The notes: a model not told the origin generated them from the sequence alone. Positions 34,851 through 47,495 are shown, numbered from the whole stretch's first letter. The stretch is 63,971 nucleotides of DNA, filler included, from Mitosporidium daphniae (GCF_000760515.2; 9 parts of 9 records of this genome joined end to end with filler, not necessarily neighbours in it), one strand, 5' to 3'. Made by a program: numbers and translations.

Positions 34851-36308
34851 GATGAAAATTAATCTCCTTAAAGAGCTTTTATACAACCAGTCGGGTTAAC
34901 CGCCGAAATGGACCAAAATTTGTCTAACTGAGCCAAAAAATCAAACAATCCAGATACTTTAGACGATCCGAAGATCCAGGGGCTGATAAAATCATCAAAA
35001 GGCATGAAGGCTGAAACACCTAGAAAATTTCTGGTTAAAAAGTACGGAACATGCATAAAACCGAGATCGTTGCGCCGTGTTATAAAAGAGATTCAAGGTA
35101 AAGAAGCAAATGGGTTCAATTCTCTTATGCCTCCTCTATTGCAAAAAAAGATTTTCTAAAAGTGTCTACTGAATCTTTGTAAAGATTTTAGAACAAATGA
35201 ACAGTGAAATAGATTCAGAATATTTTGAGCTATTTAAAGACAACACGAAATTTTTCCAATCAAAATGGAAAACTAGCCCATCAAAAGCATGCTAGGATCA
35301 GAGTTAGCTTTTGCCATGCTTTATGTTGCAATAAACGAAATTATGGGGTGAAAGCTGCAACTAGGGAAAATTGCCGAGTCAGAGTGCAGGCGGAATTAGA
35401 TTATATTGGATTTGATTTGATTGGATTCGCAGGTGAGAGACATCTGTATTTGGGAGCAGCGAGGCAAGAAGGATTCCAAAAAGATCATATTAACACAAGT
35501 TGAGCAGATGATCCAAGGGAGCATAGTAATTCTAGTCGTGGATTTTAGGGGCGAAGGCGCAGAATGAAGCTGCTTAGGTGGGTCTAAAGGAAAAAACAGC
35601 GGTGTCCAAAACATGCGGACATCTGACCAGGTCCGATCTGAGAAAAAGAGCCTTGCAAACTGGGTTAGGGTTTAGTTTGTTTTTATTGAATTTAACTTGG
35701 CATCAGCGAATATCAAATAATTTTATTCACCACTCTCCAACCATGCCATGCTTAAAATGGCGAAAAATGTCTAAAATTTTATTGTCTCAAAAGCGGACAA
35801 CAATCATATGGAATGATATGGAATGTCCGTAAAATGCAAGAAAAACATGCACAACGCTCCAAACGGCCCAAAAACCGCAATACGAGTCAATTTGGAGCAG
35901 CTGAAAAGGGAGCAGTAAATTACATTAAAAGGACAATTATTTGGTTAATTAGTTTGTTTAGTGGTCAGGTTAGTTTAACCTAGTTTTTTTTGGGTGCTTA
36001 TTAGATAATTTGGAGCATCAACGGAAATAAAATTTACTGCAAACATGAAATGAATTGGTGAGCAAACTAAAAGATTGAAAATCAGATATTTGGTGACATC
36101 CAATTTAAAGACAATTAATCCGATTTACAGACAATTCGGAAAATTTATAAACAATGCAGGAAACTCGCCAAGCTTTCATCAAATTTGGTAGAAATTAATC
36201 GATCTCTGGTCCCCGTTCTTTTGACATCAATCCAACGTGCCCGCATTGCTCAAGATCAAAGTAATGACTCCTTGATGCTAGAAACGAACTGTCGTTGCAG
36301 AAAACTGA

Positions 36309-37013
36309 ACATTCAAATGGGTCTCTTCTTTTGGGGTTGACAAAAACGAATCCGATGAAAAGCATGGGAAGGTCATTGATCTGCTTATTGACAGTTTCCT
36401 GTTTTTGAGAGACAAAAAGATATTCGAATCGCAAACTGGAGAAAAGATGACCATTTTTGAGATCAAAGAGCCTCTTACGCCGTCTACTGCTGAGTCCTTC
36501 AAAAAGATATTGAACAAGAAGCTCGAGAATATTTTGAAAAAGAGCAGCAAGAAAACTCGCGTATTGATTGTTGATTGCTCTTTTGTCAATTGCTGCGAAA
36601 ATATCCAAAATGTCAGGTATGGAGCATCCATGGAATTTCTGTTTCCATATCCCATTCCATATTCGATGGTAAATACACGAAGGAAGGGCAGCACCTTTGG
36701 AAACCAGATGTTCATCATTGCCATTTTGCTCAAGTTTTACCTTGAAACCGAGATGAAAGGTCTCAGCGAGCCTCCTTTATTCTTCAAAAAGGAGAATATC
36801 TATTCCACTCTGGAGCTTTATGCTTATGGCGAACTAGAAAAAACCAAAAGGGAAACCAAGTCATCTGTTTTGAAGCTCTTCAGGATTTTGAGCGAAAAGA
36901 TATATGAAAATGACGACAATCTCAAAGCCTTTTTGAAGCATGTAGTGATTGAAAACATCAAAACGTCTTCTGATCGGCTTGTATCATCTCCCGCTGAATT
37001 TATTTTATCTTGA
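36309..37013 (+). CDS. Hypothetical protein or relic (open frame ~230 codons, no clear start)
   Basis: Long Lys/Glu-rich open frame; no family recognised. Confidence 0.4.
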   Translation, partial: TFKWVSSFGVDKNESDEKHGKVIDLLIDSFLFLRDKKIFESQTGEKMTIFEIKEPLTPSTAESFKKILNKKLENILKKSSKKTRVLIVDCSFVNCCENIQNVRYGASMEFLFPYPIPYSMVNTRRKGSTFGNQMFIIAILLKFYLETEMKGLSEPPLFFKKENIYSTLELYAYGELEKTKRETKSSVLKLFRILSEKIYENDDNLKAFLKHVVIENIKTSSDRLVSSPAEFILS

Positions 37014-38362
37014 ANNNNNNNNNNNNNNNNNNNNNNNNNNNNNNNNNNNNNNNNNNNNTTAATTAATTAANNNNNNNNNNNNNNNNNNNNNNNNNNNNNN
37101 NNNNNNNNNNNNNNGCCTGCAGATCTTGTCGATTTATTGGCTAGGCTTTATGATAGCAACTTGGGTGTTGAGGAAATACCACAAGATCTCAAGAAAATAG
37201 TGGATAATGGATTTACCCGCGCAAAATCTCTCTACACAATCGATATCTTCACAAAGACTATTGTGACCCACTATTACGAAAGCAGAGCTAAAATTAATTA
37301 AAGGATTTGCAACTTGATATCTTAAAAATGATACGCTTAAAGTGGTGCTGGGCTGCAATATGTACAAGAATTAAATCCACGTTACCCAGCGAAACCGGCA
37401 TGGTTTGTATGAAAAGCGATGATTGAAAAGAAATTCAATTTTCCCTGCCTGTGTCTTTAGTGGCAACATACGCTTTAGCAACCCCAACCCTTCATGTGGT
37501 AAAAGCGGGTACGGCACGTGATTTTGTCATGAACAGTTCCCGGTCGCGACTTGTTTAGAAGTCCCCACTTTTGATAATTTGAGTACAGGCCTTTTGATTG
37601 AACATGGTCAAAAACAGTGGGGCCAAAACCATCTACTAGCGGGCCACTTGACCCTACTAGCCACATGATATTTTTATTTGAATTGCCCACTGAACAATTT
37701 TGCGACATTTCTGCACCCTAATCCGCATGTCCTTCTCGAAATATTTACAACATCTCTTTCCGAGACATAACAAGCAACTATATATGCTCAAGTACAAGTG
37801 CCGCTCTTTGCGGTCTTTTCGAAAGGCCAAAAATTAAGTCACAAGACCTTGAAGATGGTGTCCACAAATGTGCCGTTCGTCAGTTGAGGGAACGATTTAT
37901 CGGAACTTCTGAGCAAGATCGTAGTTATAAAACAGCAGCATTAGATGCGCCGTGAATGCTATAAGAAGTAAGGAAATGAGCATTCATTTGTGAGATGCCA
38001 CTACACAGAAGAAATGCTTTATTTATGGGCTAGGGGTAGAGCCTCTCGTGTAATCAAAAGTAAAATTTTACCACCATCGGCCCTTTAGAAAGATAAATAC
38101 GAAAGTCCGTTCTGGACTTTTTCCCGGCAGACCGCCCTGCCCTGACCAGAGTTGAAGCAACTTACTGCAATGCTGCTTGATTAAAGTGTAATACAAGCGA
38201 CGTTAACGCCAATGTGTAAAAGTAAAATTTGAAATGTTCCACCATTTGGGCCAGCAAATCATCATGCCCTCTGAGCTTCAATTCTTACTTGGGCTGCTTA
38301 GGGTTTCGCAAAAGATACATCAATAGGGCTATTTATTATTCCTGCTTTTGGAGGTTATATGG

Positions 38363-39438
38363 TCATCGGTATGCACGGCCGTCGTAACTTCTGAGCTGAC
38401 TCGAAAGATTTTTGTGGATATAAAGTCCAATCAAAGCCACGACCATAATGAGGATCATCCCGAGAAGAAAACGCTTCTATTAAAAAACATTGCACTAAGT
38501 TCTGAGCAAAGTATTTCATACCTTCCATCGTGCACGCTGGTGTCTGACGGCAGATTTTAACTGATCATCTGCTTTGCGCGTGTAATTTTCTGCAGCCTCC
38601 ACAGAAGCTTCGATCGAATTGATCATATCTCCCTGTTCGTAGACAAGGTTTTTCATCTCCAAAAAGAGAGCATGCAACTCGATGATGCTTTGTTCAATCG
38701 CAACAATATCTTTGTGCCGACTGCGCATTTGCTCCAGTGCTATGCGCGCCTCGGTTCGTGAATCTCCAAGTGCAGAGATCTTGGGAAATGAGCCAGAAAT
38801 CATCTTACCTGTGCCCTGATGAGACCGACTCCAGACGCACCACCCCCATTGCCGTCGGCGACGTCAATCAGCCTTTCCAGCTCTGTATTCGTTGCAGTGG
38901 GCTTGATAAATTTATACTGTCGCTGCAGTTTGTCTTGGTATTTTTGACGGTACTTTGTCTGCACATCCTCAAAGTCTTGAATTGTTGAAAGCAGAGACAC
39001 GGAAAGCTGAGTCACCTGTGCACCTCTGATTCGAACAAATGGATTGCCAGGTGAAAGTTTTTTGGCAATGTCTTCATTTTCTCGTCTTAGGCGATCGAGT
39101 TCTTTTCGCAGGCCTGCCACGGTTGCTCCGAGCCCTGATGCCAACGTAGTTGCCTTTGAAGAGGATGAGGATCCGCTTGTTGCCCCCTTTTCGTCAAGAA
39201 CCATTCGATGGAGATCCTCTAACTCTTTTGTCGATGCTTGAAGGTTTGCAATACCAGAACGCAACTGTTCAGACTTTGTGTAAAATGCGGACATTCCTGC
39301 GATTTTCGCATCTGGGTCTCCATCGAGATCCCGACTTTCAGTCTTCTTATCAATCCCCTTTTCAATGTCGCCACTAGATCTTTCTTTTTCGTCATCTTCC
39401 TTGCGATCGCCAACAAGCTCTCCAAGACGACCAAGCAT
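38363..39438 (-). CDS. Plasma-membrane syntaxin (Sso1/syntaxin-1-like Qa-SNARE), two introns
   Basis: MLGRLGEL N-peptide, Habc helices, RHKDIVAIEQSIIELHALFLEM..LVYEQGDMINSIE, C-terminal TM FLLGMILIMVVALIGLY. Confidence 0.92.
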
Positions 39439-39600
39439 GATGTGCTGCTATGTAAAGGGATTATCAGAAATAGGAGGTTTTAAAATCAATTTGAAACAAA
39501 TCCTCAAGTGTCGACCAATCCGGTTAAGTGGCACATGCAACATTTAAAATTTACAATATTTATAAATTGTGCCCGATGCAGAGGATCCATCATGATTGCA

Positions 39601-39970
39601 TCAGACGCATCCTTCCAAGCAGCAGCAGCAAAGCAAGGCTCCAAGAATACTGTAGAAAGAAAATAAAGCTGTTAAATAAACATACCATGACCAAATAGAC
39701 TCCGGCCGGGGATTCCGCTCATTCCGATGCCTTTGGTTTTCGTCAACGATGATAGTTTGTGCGGGCCTGTATAGTGTCTGCACTGGTGGTCCTGATTGTC
39801 CGTAATAATACGGGGACTGTGTATAATTTTGTGCCGTAAACTAAAACCTCAAAACAAAATATCCAAACCTGAGAAGGATTTGGTGGAGGAGGATATGGGT
39901 GATATCCCCCAGAAGGTGCCTGAGGATCTGAATATGGAGGTGGTGGGCAATACTGGGGTTTTTCTCCCAT
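39601..39970 (-). CDS. CYSTM-family Pro/Tyr-rich tail-anchored protein, with introns
   Basis: PPPPY/YPPPP N-terminus and ILGALLCCCCLEGCV C-terminus. Confidence 0.8.
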
Positions 39971-40180
39971 TTGGGTTCACGAAGGTTAAAATTTCTTTAC
40001 GTGGCACCCTTTCTTTTAACTTTCTTTGCGGTCATCCTTTGTTTTAAATTGTACAATTCGATTTGTTCAACCCCCCCCCCTCATGGCCTTTCAATTAGTG
40101 CTATTTTAGATAACATGAAAAATTAACTATGAAATTTTATTTAACTGTTCGATCTATCATCCCGCACGCATATACTATGG

Positions 40181-41458
40181 TTAGCAGTCTATCCCACCAT
40201 ATTCCTTACCCGTGATAATATATTCCCCTTTATAGCGCCCGCCTTTAATAGGTTTTCCATTAACAGTAACGTTAGACTCCTTTGAGTCTTGTTTCTTGTT
40301 TGGATTAATTGCATTTTCCAAGTCCTTGGCAGTGATTTGGCAAGTGTTAGGAGATTTGAAATTTTCAAAGTCAATAGAATTACACGTGCTATCATTAATC
40401 TCATCATTAGCGTTTTTCTTGAGGATAGCAATCCATTGACGAATAGATTCGCGGTTTTTTACGACATCTGACAAGGGAACTTTAATCCAAGTCTTAAGCT
40501 TCTTATTTTTAACAGCACTCGTGGCCTTCACCGGGTCGCATGTGTTGGATTCTGGACTTATGATACCATAGCAAGTGCTACCAAATTGTGTTTTATCCCA
40601 AAAAAGCCCAAAAGACTCGACTTTTGCGGATGAGAATGGATCGAGAACAACTAGAGCTTCATTTTCAGAGGAATCATCGGAGTCATAATTTAAATCATCG
40701 TCTGCTTTCTTGTCTTTTGTAACTTTTTCTCGGACATTTAAAACATCACCAGTAACTGCAGATCGGAAAACATTTGGAGAAGATTTGTCGGAATACCAAA
40801 GCACCTGAAGACAGTTGATCAGCTTATCAAAGTTTTTAGCAACCTTCTCTGCATAAATACGCTTATCTGAAGTCCCGGCTCTCAAGACAACTTCAGTAAT
40901 CGGATTGTAGATAAAGAAAACTAGGTCAGCGTAAGGCCTGAGTGTAAATTCGATATCGCTTGAGCACTGCATTCTTACAATATTGTCCTTGTCTTTAAAG
41001 GATGGAAGCGTTAAGAATTTTTGGTAGGATGGATTGAATATTGACTTTTTCTCATTGTCATAAATAAATTTCTGATATTTGCAATTTTGAATATACTCAT
41101 AAATACCAACCGCAATGATAGGCTTGGCAGAGTCAAGGATAAAAACTCCATTCTCATCAACATCAGCTTTTTTTGGACTAATCACATAAGATTTGGGTCC
41201 ACAAGCAAGAGAAAAAAAGCGGCTATCCTTATAACGCCATAGCTGCAATCCTGGATTATGGATTTGCATTTTCTGTGCCGTGATTTTAGCACAGGGTTTG
41301 TTTATATTATCTATAGAATCAAGGCCAAGAACAGCATCAATATTTTCCACTTGATTACAGTTAGATACCTCGATAAAATATGCTTCTGAGATTAAAGTTT
41401 TCGCGTTTGCAGTCCAAAGAAAGACAACAAGCAGGATGGAGGGCAGTAATAACCTCAT
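40181..41458 (-). CDS. Secreted protein with putative ricin-B (beta-trefoil) lectin-like repeats
   Basis: Signal peptide MRLLLPSILLVVFLWTANA; QLW, QKF..IFNPSYQKFLTL, QVLW..FRSAVTGDVLNV and RQW motifs; intronless. Confidence 0.6.
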   Translation of the reverse strand: MRLLLPSILLVVFLWTANAKTLISEAYFIEVSNCNQVENIDAVLGLDSIDNINKPCAKITAQKMQIHNPGLQLWRYKDSRFFSLACGPKSYVISPKKADVDENGVFILDSAKPIIAVGIYEYIQNCKYQKFIYDNEKKSIFNPSYQKFLTLPSFKDKDNIVRMQCSSDIEFTLRPYADLVFFIYNPITEVVLRAGTSDKRIYAEKVAKNFDKLINCLQVLWYSDKSSPNVFRSAVTGDVLNVREKVTKDKKADDDLNYDSDDSSENEALVVLDPFSSAKVESFGLFWDKTQFGSTCYGIISPESNTCDPVKATSAVKNKKLKTWIKVPLSDVVKNRESIRQWIAILKKNANDEINDSTCNSIDFENFKSPNTCQITAKDLENAINPNKKQDSKESNVTVNGKPIKGGRYKGEYIITGKEYGGIDC

Positions 41459-41724
41459 AAAAGTGGTATAACCCGGAGTAAGATGTACGAGTTATATATC
41501 CCAGATACAAAAAATCAATCATTGGTCACACCAAAGTTCTTATTGGGAAATAGTTTTTCAAATAAAAATTTAGATCCTCATCAATAGGCCACTAATCCCC
41601 CCCCAATGAGCGTGAAAAAAGACTCGAATTATTGGTTGAAACATTAAAATGAAAAGCACATTTATTTTTATTTTAAAATATTTTTAATTGTAAAGAACGG
41701 AAAATTGCAATTTTGCTTCTCCAG

Positions 41725-42736
41725 ATGGTAATGGTACCGAATTATGGCTTCTTAAGCTGCCAGCATATTGCCAACACGCTTCCAAAGAGTAGTGTTCATT
41801 ATATTTTAGGTGGTGCAATCAACACAAGGTTGCAATCTCCATATACTGGAACCATCACCGGAAAGAGGATTATTCTTCCTGCGCATGAGGATTCATCTGT
41901 CCAGTTCCAAGCAGAGGATGAGGCCGAAATGCCAGAGTCTCGCGGATGTCATCATCCGCCAGCAGAGGTTCAAATTTTTTCTCATATCCGGAAGGCATCA
42001 ACATCTTGGCTTCCCTCGTCGATCTCGCACACCGGGCTTGTTCCTCGGCCTCAAATTCGCTCTTATGCTGCTGTTTTTGTAAAGGATACTTCGGGAGATG
42101 ACACTCCAAAATCCCCGGATTTCTCCACAATTAGAAGAGATTCCGGTGAACCATATGACGAGAATGATCCTTCTCATGCCTCAAACAGCTTTGCGTCTGA
42201 CCCTCGCCTTTTTACCTATATGGTCGTTGGCGCGACTGGTGTCTTCACAGCCATGGCAGCCAGAGCGGCTGTTATTGATTTTCTTGCCCCTTTATCGCCC
42301 TCTGCTGCTACCCAAGCTACGGCCCAAACAGAGCTTGATCTTTCTGCGATTCCTGTGGGGAAAAATCTTATTGTCAAATGGCGTGGAAAGCCTGTTTTCA
42401 TTAGACATCGTACTCAAGAGGAAATAGATGAGATGTCCTCAGTTGATCTTGCGACGCTTCGTGATCCTCAAAATGACTCTGATCGTGTCCAGAGACCCGA
42501 GTGGCTTGTGATGCTTGGAATATGCACCCATCTTGGATGTGTTCCGATGGGTGACTCTGGCGATTTCAATGGATGGTATTGCCCTTGCCAGTAAGCTGCT
42601 ATTTTTTCTAATATCCCTTCTTATTAGTGGCTCCCACTACGACCTTTCCGGGAGAATTCGCAAGGGACCAGCACCGTTCAATCTGGAAGTGCCTAAATAC
42701 AAGTTTACCACGGAGTCAAACATCATCATTGGCTAG
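41725..42736 (+). CDS. RIP1: Cytochrome bc1 Rieske Fe-S protein; intron 42591-42627 (start uncertain)
   Basis: [53 protein letters not shown]. Confidence 0.97.
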
Positions 42737-42866
42737 GTGCTGATCCTAACCTCTTAGAAATACAATAAAAATGCTATCTTGTCGATCCCAAAAGATTCAC
42801 AGCCCTCTGCCCCTTAAGGATTACTTTTTGCATGGTACGATAGGGCGTTCATTAAGTAATCTTTTA

Positions 42867-43478
42867 TTAATAACCGAGCGTGGCAAGTTCAGCATCAATA
42901 GAAGCTACAGCTGCAGAGTTCTTGGCAGATAGAGGCCAAGAGGAAGCCTTTGCAAGTTGAGCTTTCTTTTTGGCATAATAAGTAGCGGCCTGCTCCTTTC
43001 TTTTCTCCTCAAAAGTGGCAAGGACAGATTGGTACTTCCATCCAAACTCATGAGACAATCTACCAAGTGTACAAAATTCACGACCTGGCTTCAGACGGAG
43101 TGCACGCAAGGCAGCTGGGACAACCATTCGCTTTTGAGTGTCAAAGGGAGTTGGAATACCCTCAAAGACCTTCAAGCGGCCAAGGGCCGCAGCACCACGG
43201 GACGTTTTGTGGGGAACCATTCCTCGTACGGTTCTCCAGAATATCTTTGATGGTGCTCTAAAGTGGATAGCACCATGAGTTGGATTGACGATGCATCGCT
43301 TGCGAAGGAAATCCTTATACTTGAGCTTGGCGCGATAAAAACTGCCAGACATGTTCAGCTCCTCGCAGCGGACAACGACTACCTTTTGTCCGGAAAGAAT
43401 TTGTTTGGCAACAATTGAGGCCAGGCGTCCAAGGAGATGGCCCTTTCCATCGATAACTACGACGTTCATAAAGGTCAT
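42867..43478 (-). CDS. RPL16: 60S ribosomal protein uL13 (RPL13A/RPL16)
   Basis: [40 protein letters not shown]. Confidence 0.98.
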   Translation of the reverse strand: MTFMNVVVIDGKGHLLGRLASIVAKQILSGQKVVVVRCEELNMSGSFYRAKLKYKDFLRKRCIVNPTHGAIHFRAPSKIFWRTVRGMVPHKTSRGAAALGRLKVFEGIPTPFDTQKRMVVPAALRALRLKPGREFCTLGRLSHEFGWKYQSVLATFEEKRKEQAATYYAKKKAQLAKASSWPLSAKNSAAVASIDAELATLGY

Positions 43479-43578
43479 TATTGGGTAACGAAAAAATAAT
43501 TTGCCTAGGCAGGGGCTGCAAAATGCGAATATATTTTAATTTTAAAATTAAAATTTAGGGTTAGAATTGGAATTACAA

Positions 43579-44363
43579 TTACAATTTGACTTTATCTGCT
43601 ATCCAGGCATATATTTTCGTTCGTAGCTCATCGGCAGGTACCAAGTCTGATTCCTTCAATGGCTTTCTACTAAAAGGATCCCGCTCATCGTTCATCAGAT
43701 GGGCCATTATTACCCGCCGATCGACGATCTTTTTTGATGTTGTCTCCATCCGAACAGGATCAAGCATAATGGTTGCCATTACGGGATCAAGAAATTCCTC
43801 AGGAACATCCTCTTCCAACGAGAGAAGGGCTTCAATTGCAGAAAGCGTGTCTGCATCTAAAAGTCTCAGATCGCCATTGACTTTTTTGATTGCTTCTTTA
43901 ACGTTTGCTGAGGGAGTATGGTAGTTTTGCAAGGCCTCAACCATATTTACAAAGAGAGAAGCATCGGATGGTGCGACGAGATCCCGTTGCCTATTGAGAA
44001 TCATCACAGAAATTCCTCTAAAAAGTGAAATTTTAAATGATCTAGCGTCTGCCTTCAAGGAGTGGAGAAAAGAGGCATTTTCTCCAAGAATGCAGTATAA
44101 AGATATAATTGGCGAAAGAACGTCTCTTGGTTTCCAATTTAATCTTTCTCGAATTTGGGGATGGATCCGCAGTTTTCTTGAATCGGGCCCGACCAGCTGA
44201 ACAAAGTGGTAATTTAGAGCGCTAGCCATCCTATCTCGTATTTCGGTTCTGAGAAACGGCTTGGGAGTAATTCTCGATAGCTCACAAGCCAATTTGAGGG
44301 TTTCTTTGCTCAAAAGAAGGTAAGGTTGGCATTCCCTCTCAAGCCTCAAATTGGAAACCAAGA
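43579..44363 (-). CDS. UFD2: Ufd2/UBE4 U-box ubiquitin-chain elongation factor, C-terminal part
   Basis: RMASALNY..QLVGP, DVPEEFLDPVMATIMLDPV, VDRRVIMAHL..DERDPFSRKPL. Confidence 0.9.
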
Positions 44364-44463
44364 NNNNNNNNNNNNNNNNNNNNNNNNNNNNNNNNNNNNN
44401 NNNNNNNTTAATTAATTAANNNNNNNNNNNNNNNNNNNNNNNNNNNNNNNNNNNNNNNNNNNN

Positions 44464-45405
44464 ATTCATGAAAACCTCGAAGACAAAAATGTGCTCCATG
44501 CAGATCCTTCACCTTTTGGAATATCTTCTTTCAAACTGCCTTATTTAAGGCTTGGATTTACAAAAGACTTTGCAACAACCGTTTTTGGTTCCCTCAATTT
44601 AAACGACACGTACACAAAATACCCGGTGTTTGTCGATATTTTTCGCGGAAAAAGGCTATTTGCCTCAATGAATGATGTTTCTGAAAAGCTCGGAGATTCT
44701 TCCCACTTCTTCTTCTCTCCTGGACTGATAAACATCTATGATCTTGGCGAGTTCGATTTGGAAGACATGCTTCACTGTCTGGCATACTCTGGTAGTTCTG
44801 TTGGCCTTATGGATCTTCTAGGTAGCTCTAAGAGGCTGAAAGTTTTGGTTTTTAAGATTATCTCATCCTATGGCCTGATTCTGCAGCAATGGATTTATTT
44901 TGCAAGGAAATTTAAAAAATCCTTCTCATTGAAGCTATTGCGGGGCATACAATCGCAGGTTAAACCTTCAACCAAGTACGATTTGTCAAATGTTCGTATA
45001 AAAGCCAAGATTTCTGGAGGAAAGCTATATCTGCTCAGAGCATATGCGAAGGATTCCAAAAAACCATTTGATTTTGACCTCGATCGGTTTAATCTACATT
45101 TGCCATCTGATGATTTCAAACCTTCCAAGGGATTCATCAATCAACCAGAGCCGCTCCATCAGAGGCTTTCAACAGAGCATAAAGACGACAATTCTCCAAT
45201 TAAAATGACCACAATAACAGTGAAAGATTCCATTGACGTCGTTCCGAAGACCGAAGAGCGCCACGGAAGAAGCATCAGCATGCTGCTGGATAATATCACA
45301 AGGAATATTTGCGCTTTTCTCACATACACCTCCATGGTTGGGCTCGCTGTTTCTTTGGTTGGAGCAACCTTTTCCCTCTATTCTCACTACTGCCGCCGCG
45401 AATAA
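44464..45405 (+). CDS. Lineage-specific protein with C-terminal TM helix (5' end lost at contig edge)
   Basis: Open frame of >300 codons from the contig edge; hydrophobic C-terminus; decayed paralog at ~61340-62050. Confidence 0.65.
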   Translation: MHENLEDKNVLHADPSPFGISSFKLPYLRLGFTKDFATTVFGSLNLNDTYTKYPVFVDIFRGKRLFASMNDVSEKLGDSSHFFFSPGLINIYDLGEFDLEDMLHCLAYSGSSVGLMDLLGSSKRLKVLVFKIISSYGLILQQWIYFARKFKKSFSLKLLRGIQSQVKPSTKYDLSNVRIKAKISGGKLYLLRAYAKDSKKPFDFDLDRFNLHLPSDDFKPSKGFINQPEPLHQRLSTEHKDDNSPIKMTTITVKDSIDVVPKTEERHGRSISMLLDNITRNICAFLTYTSMVGLAVSLVGATFSLYSHYCRRE

Positions 45406-45874
45406 ACAAACATCTGCTCTCTATTTTTGCGAATTTCTCCTGCATTTTCCATTGCATCTGCCTACGGTCTGTGATACTCTTGAGGTGATAACTGATTCTG
45501 AAACAAACGTCACTCAAATTAGGCGTTTACCTGAACTTTGTGCAAATTTAGTCTGTGTTTGCCATGTTGGTCCGATTTTGGCGGTTTCAGCTGCCATCTC
45601 CTTTGTTTTCATGACAATAATATCAGATTGGTGGATGATGCAAATTAATTTTTTTCCGATTAAGAACCCTTTGACGTCCAAAGCACCAATTAATTTAATT
45701 TAATAAACATTTTGTCAACAGTGTGCCGATCTGTTGCTTGTATATTAAGTATGAAAGTAATGGGTGTTATACTGTGCCTGCCTGAAAATGCACTTACCCT
45801 CGCTAGGATTAGGGTTGAGGGCATTTATCATATGCCACATCAATAAATTTGGCCCAAAGATTTTAATACAACCA

Positions 45875-47354
45875 ATGATTCCCAAATTGCCCTATCATCC
45901 CGTTACTGTCGTTGGGGGAGGAATTATTGGAAAATTGGTGGCGCTTTCGCTTGGCCGAATTTTGGCACCATATTATTCTCAACCATTGCTACTTGTAACC
46001 CGAGATAAGCCATCAGCAATGACAAAGCCTAACTCTGTATCTTCTAATAGAGTTTCTTTTCTCACTCCTGGTAGTGTGCGCTTTTTTCAAGAACTCGGTA
46101 TTTGGAGGAAAATCTGCCTTGGAGGAGCATATCCTATATCTTCAATGAAAGTAAAAGAGGATATTGTCTCACTTTACGATAGATCTTTAACGGTGACATT
46201 CCAGGGATTCTCCACCCATCTATTGACGGGTCGTTTTTTTCTCTTTCTAAAGAAGATTGCCAATATGCGCCTTTTCTTGGATATATCATTTCAAACTCAA
46301 ATATTGAACATGTGTTAGAGGAAGAAATCAAGGCCGTCCCAATCACCATGCTTCATAGCACAAAGCTATTTTGCATCAATGTAGATGATGGAGAACCTCT
46401 TTCTCGTTCTCAATCTTTATCATTTTCTATTGAGAATAGTTCAAAACACGAGGAATTATGCACCTCTTTGCTGTTGGGCTGCGATGGAAGTAATAGCTTC
46501 GTTAGACAGTCGCTTTCATCATCAAATTTTCCTTATCATTTAGAGGACTACAAATCATTCGGTGTTATTTCAACGTTTACCACATCACCTTCCACAAAAA
46601 GGCTAAATGGGACAGCATATCAACGCTACCTACCTTCAGGTCCATTGGCTGCGCTTCCGCTTTCCCCTAATTCTTATTCATTGGTGTGGAGTATTCCGAA
46701 TGAATGGAAATCAAACGATATCTTTAAAGACAAGGAGAAGTTTACCAAGCTATTGAATCTGGCATTTTATGGCCCATATTGTGAAATTAGAAAAATGTTC
46801 CTAAATTCGTCTCAATGCTCTACACTTGATGTCGATTATCGCGGAGATACTGGTGTCCTTAATGAATTTGGAGCTATTCTTGATGCATCGGAGCCCGAAT
46901 TTTTCCCTCTAAAGTCGGGAATTGTTCCCTCTTCAATGTCTATATCCAACAAGAATCTACGTGTTCTTCTGATGGGGTATTCTGGATTTTATTGATAAAC
47001 CTAGGGATGCTGCTCATTCCATTCACCCACATGCTGGCCAAGGTCTAAATATGGGAATAGCTGACGCTATGTGTTTACACAAAATAATGCGGAAAAACGT
47101 GCCTCTCGGAACCGATCCAGGTTACAATGGCGATTTCTAAAATGGTTTTAGGAGATCCTGGCCTGATTTTGCAGACATATGCGAGAGAAAGAGATGCAAA
47201 GAACATCGCAATGACTCAGGTGATTGATGCAATTTTAAAATCCTACGCATTGCCAAGTGACTCTGCTTTTGGGTCACTACGATCTCTTGCGATTACTGGG
47301 ATCAATGCACTTTCGCCCCTGAGGCAGATGATTGTTTCGACTGCAATAAATTAA
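45875..47354 (+). CDS. COQ6: Ubiquinone biosynthesis FAD monooxygenase Coq6, multi-exon
   Basis: VTVVGGGIIG, NRVSFLTP, LLLGCDGSNSFVR, AYQRYLPSGPLAALPL, G/DAAHSIHPHAGQGLNMG. Confidence 0.9.
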
Positions 47355-47495
47355 CAATTTTGTTTAAATGCTATCGGATTTATCGTGAAAAAACGAGCCA
47401 TACAATCGTAAAATCGTAGAATTTGCACACAGTGTCTTTGATGGCCAGCAAACTAGCCCTCCTTTTGAGCAGTAACCCCCTTTCGGCCATGTGCG

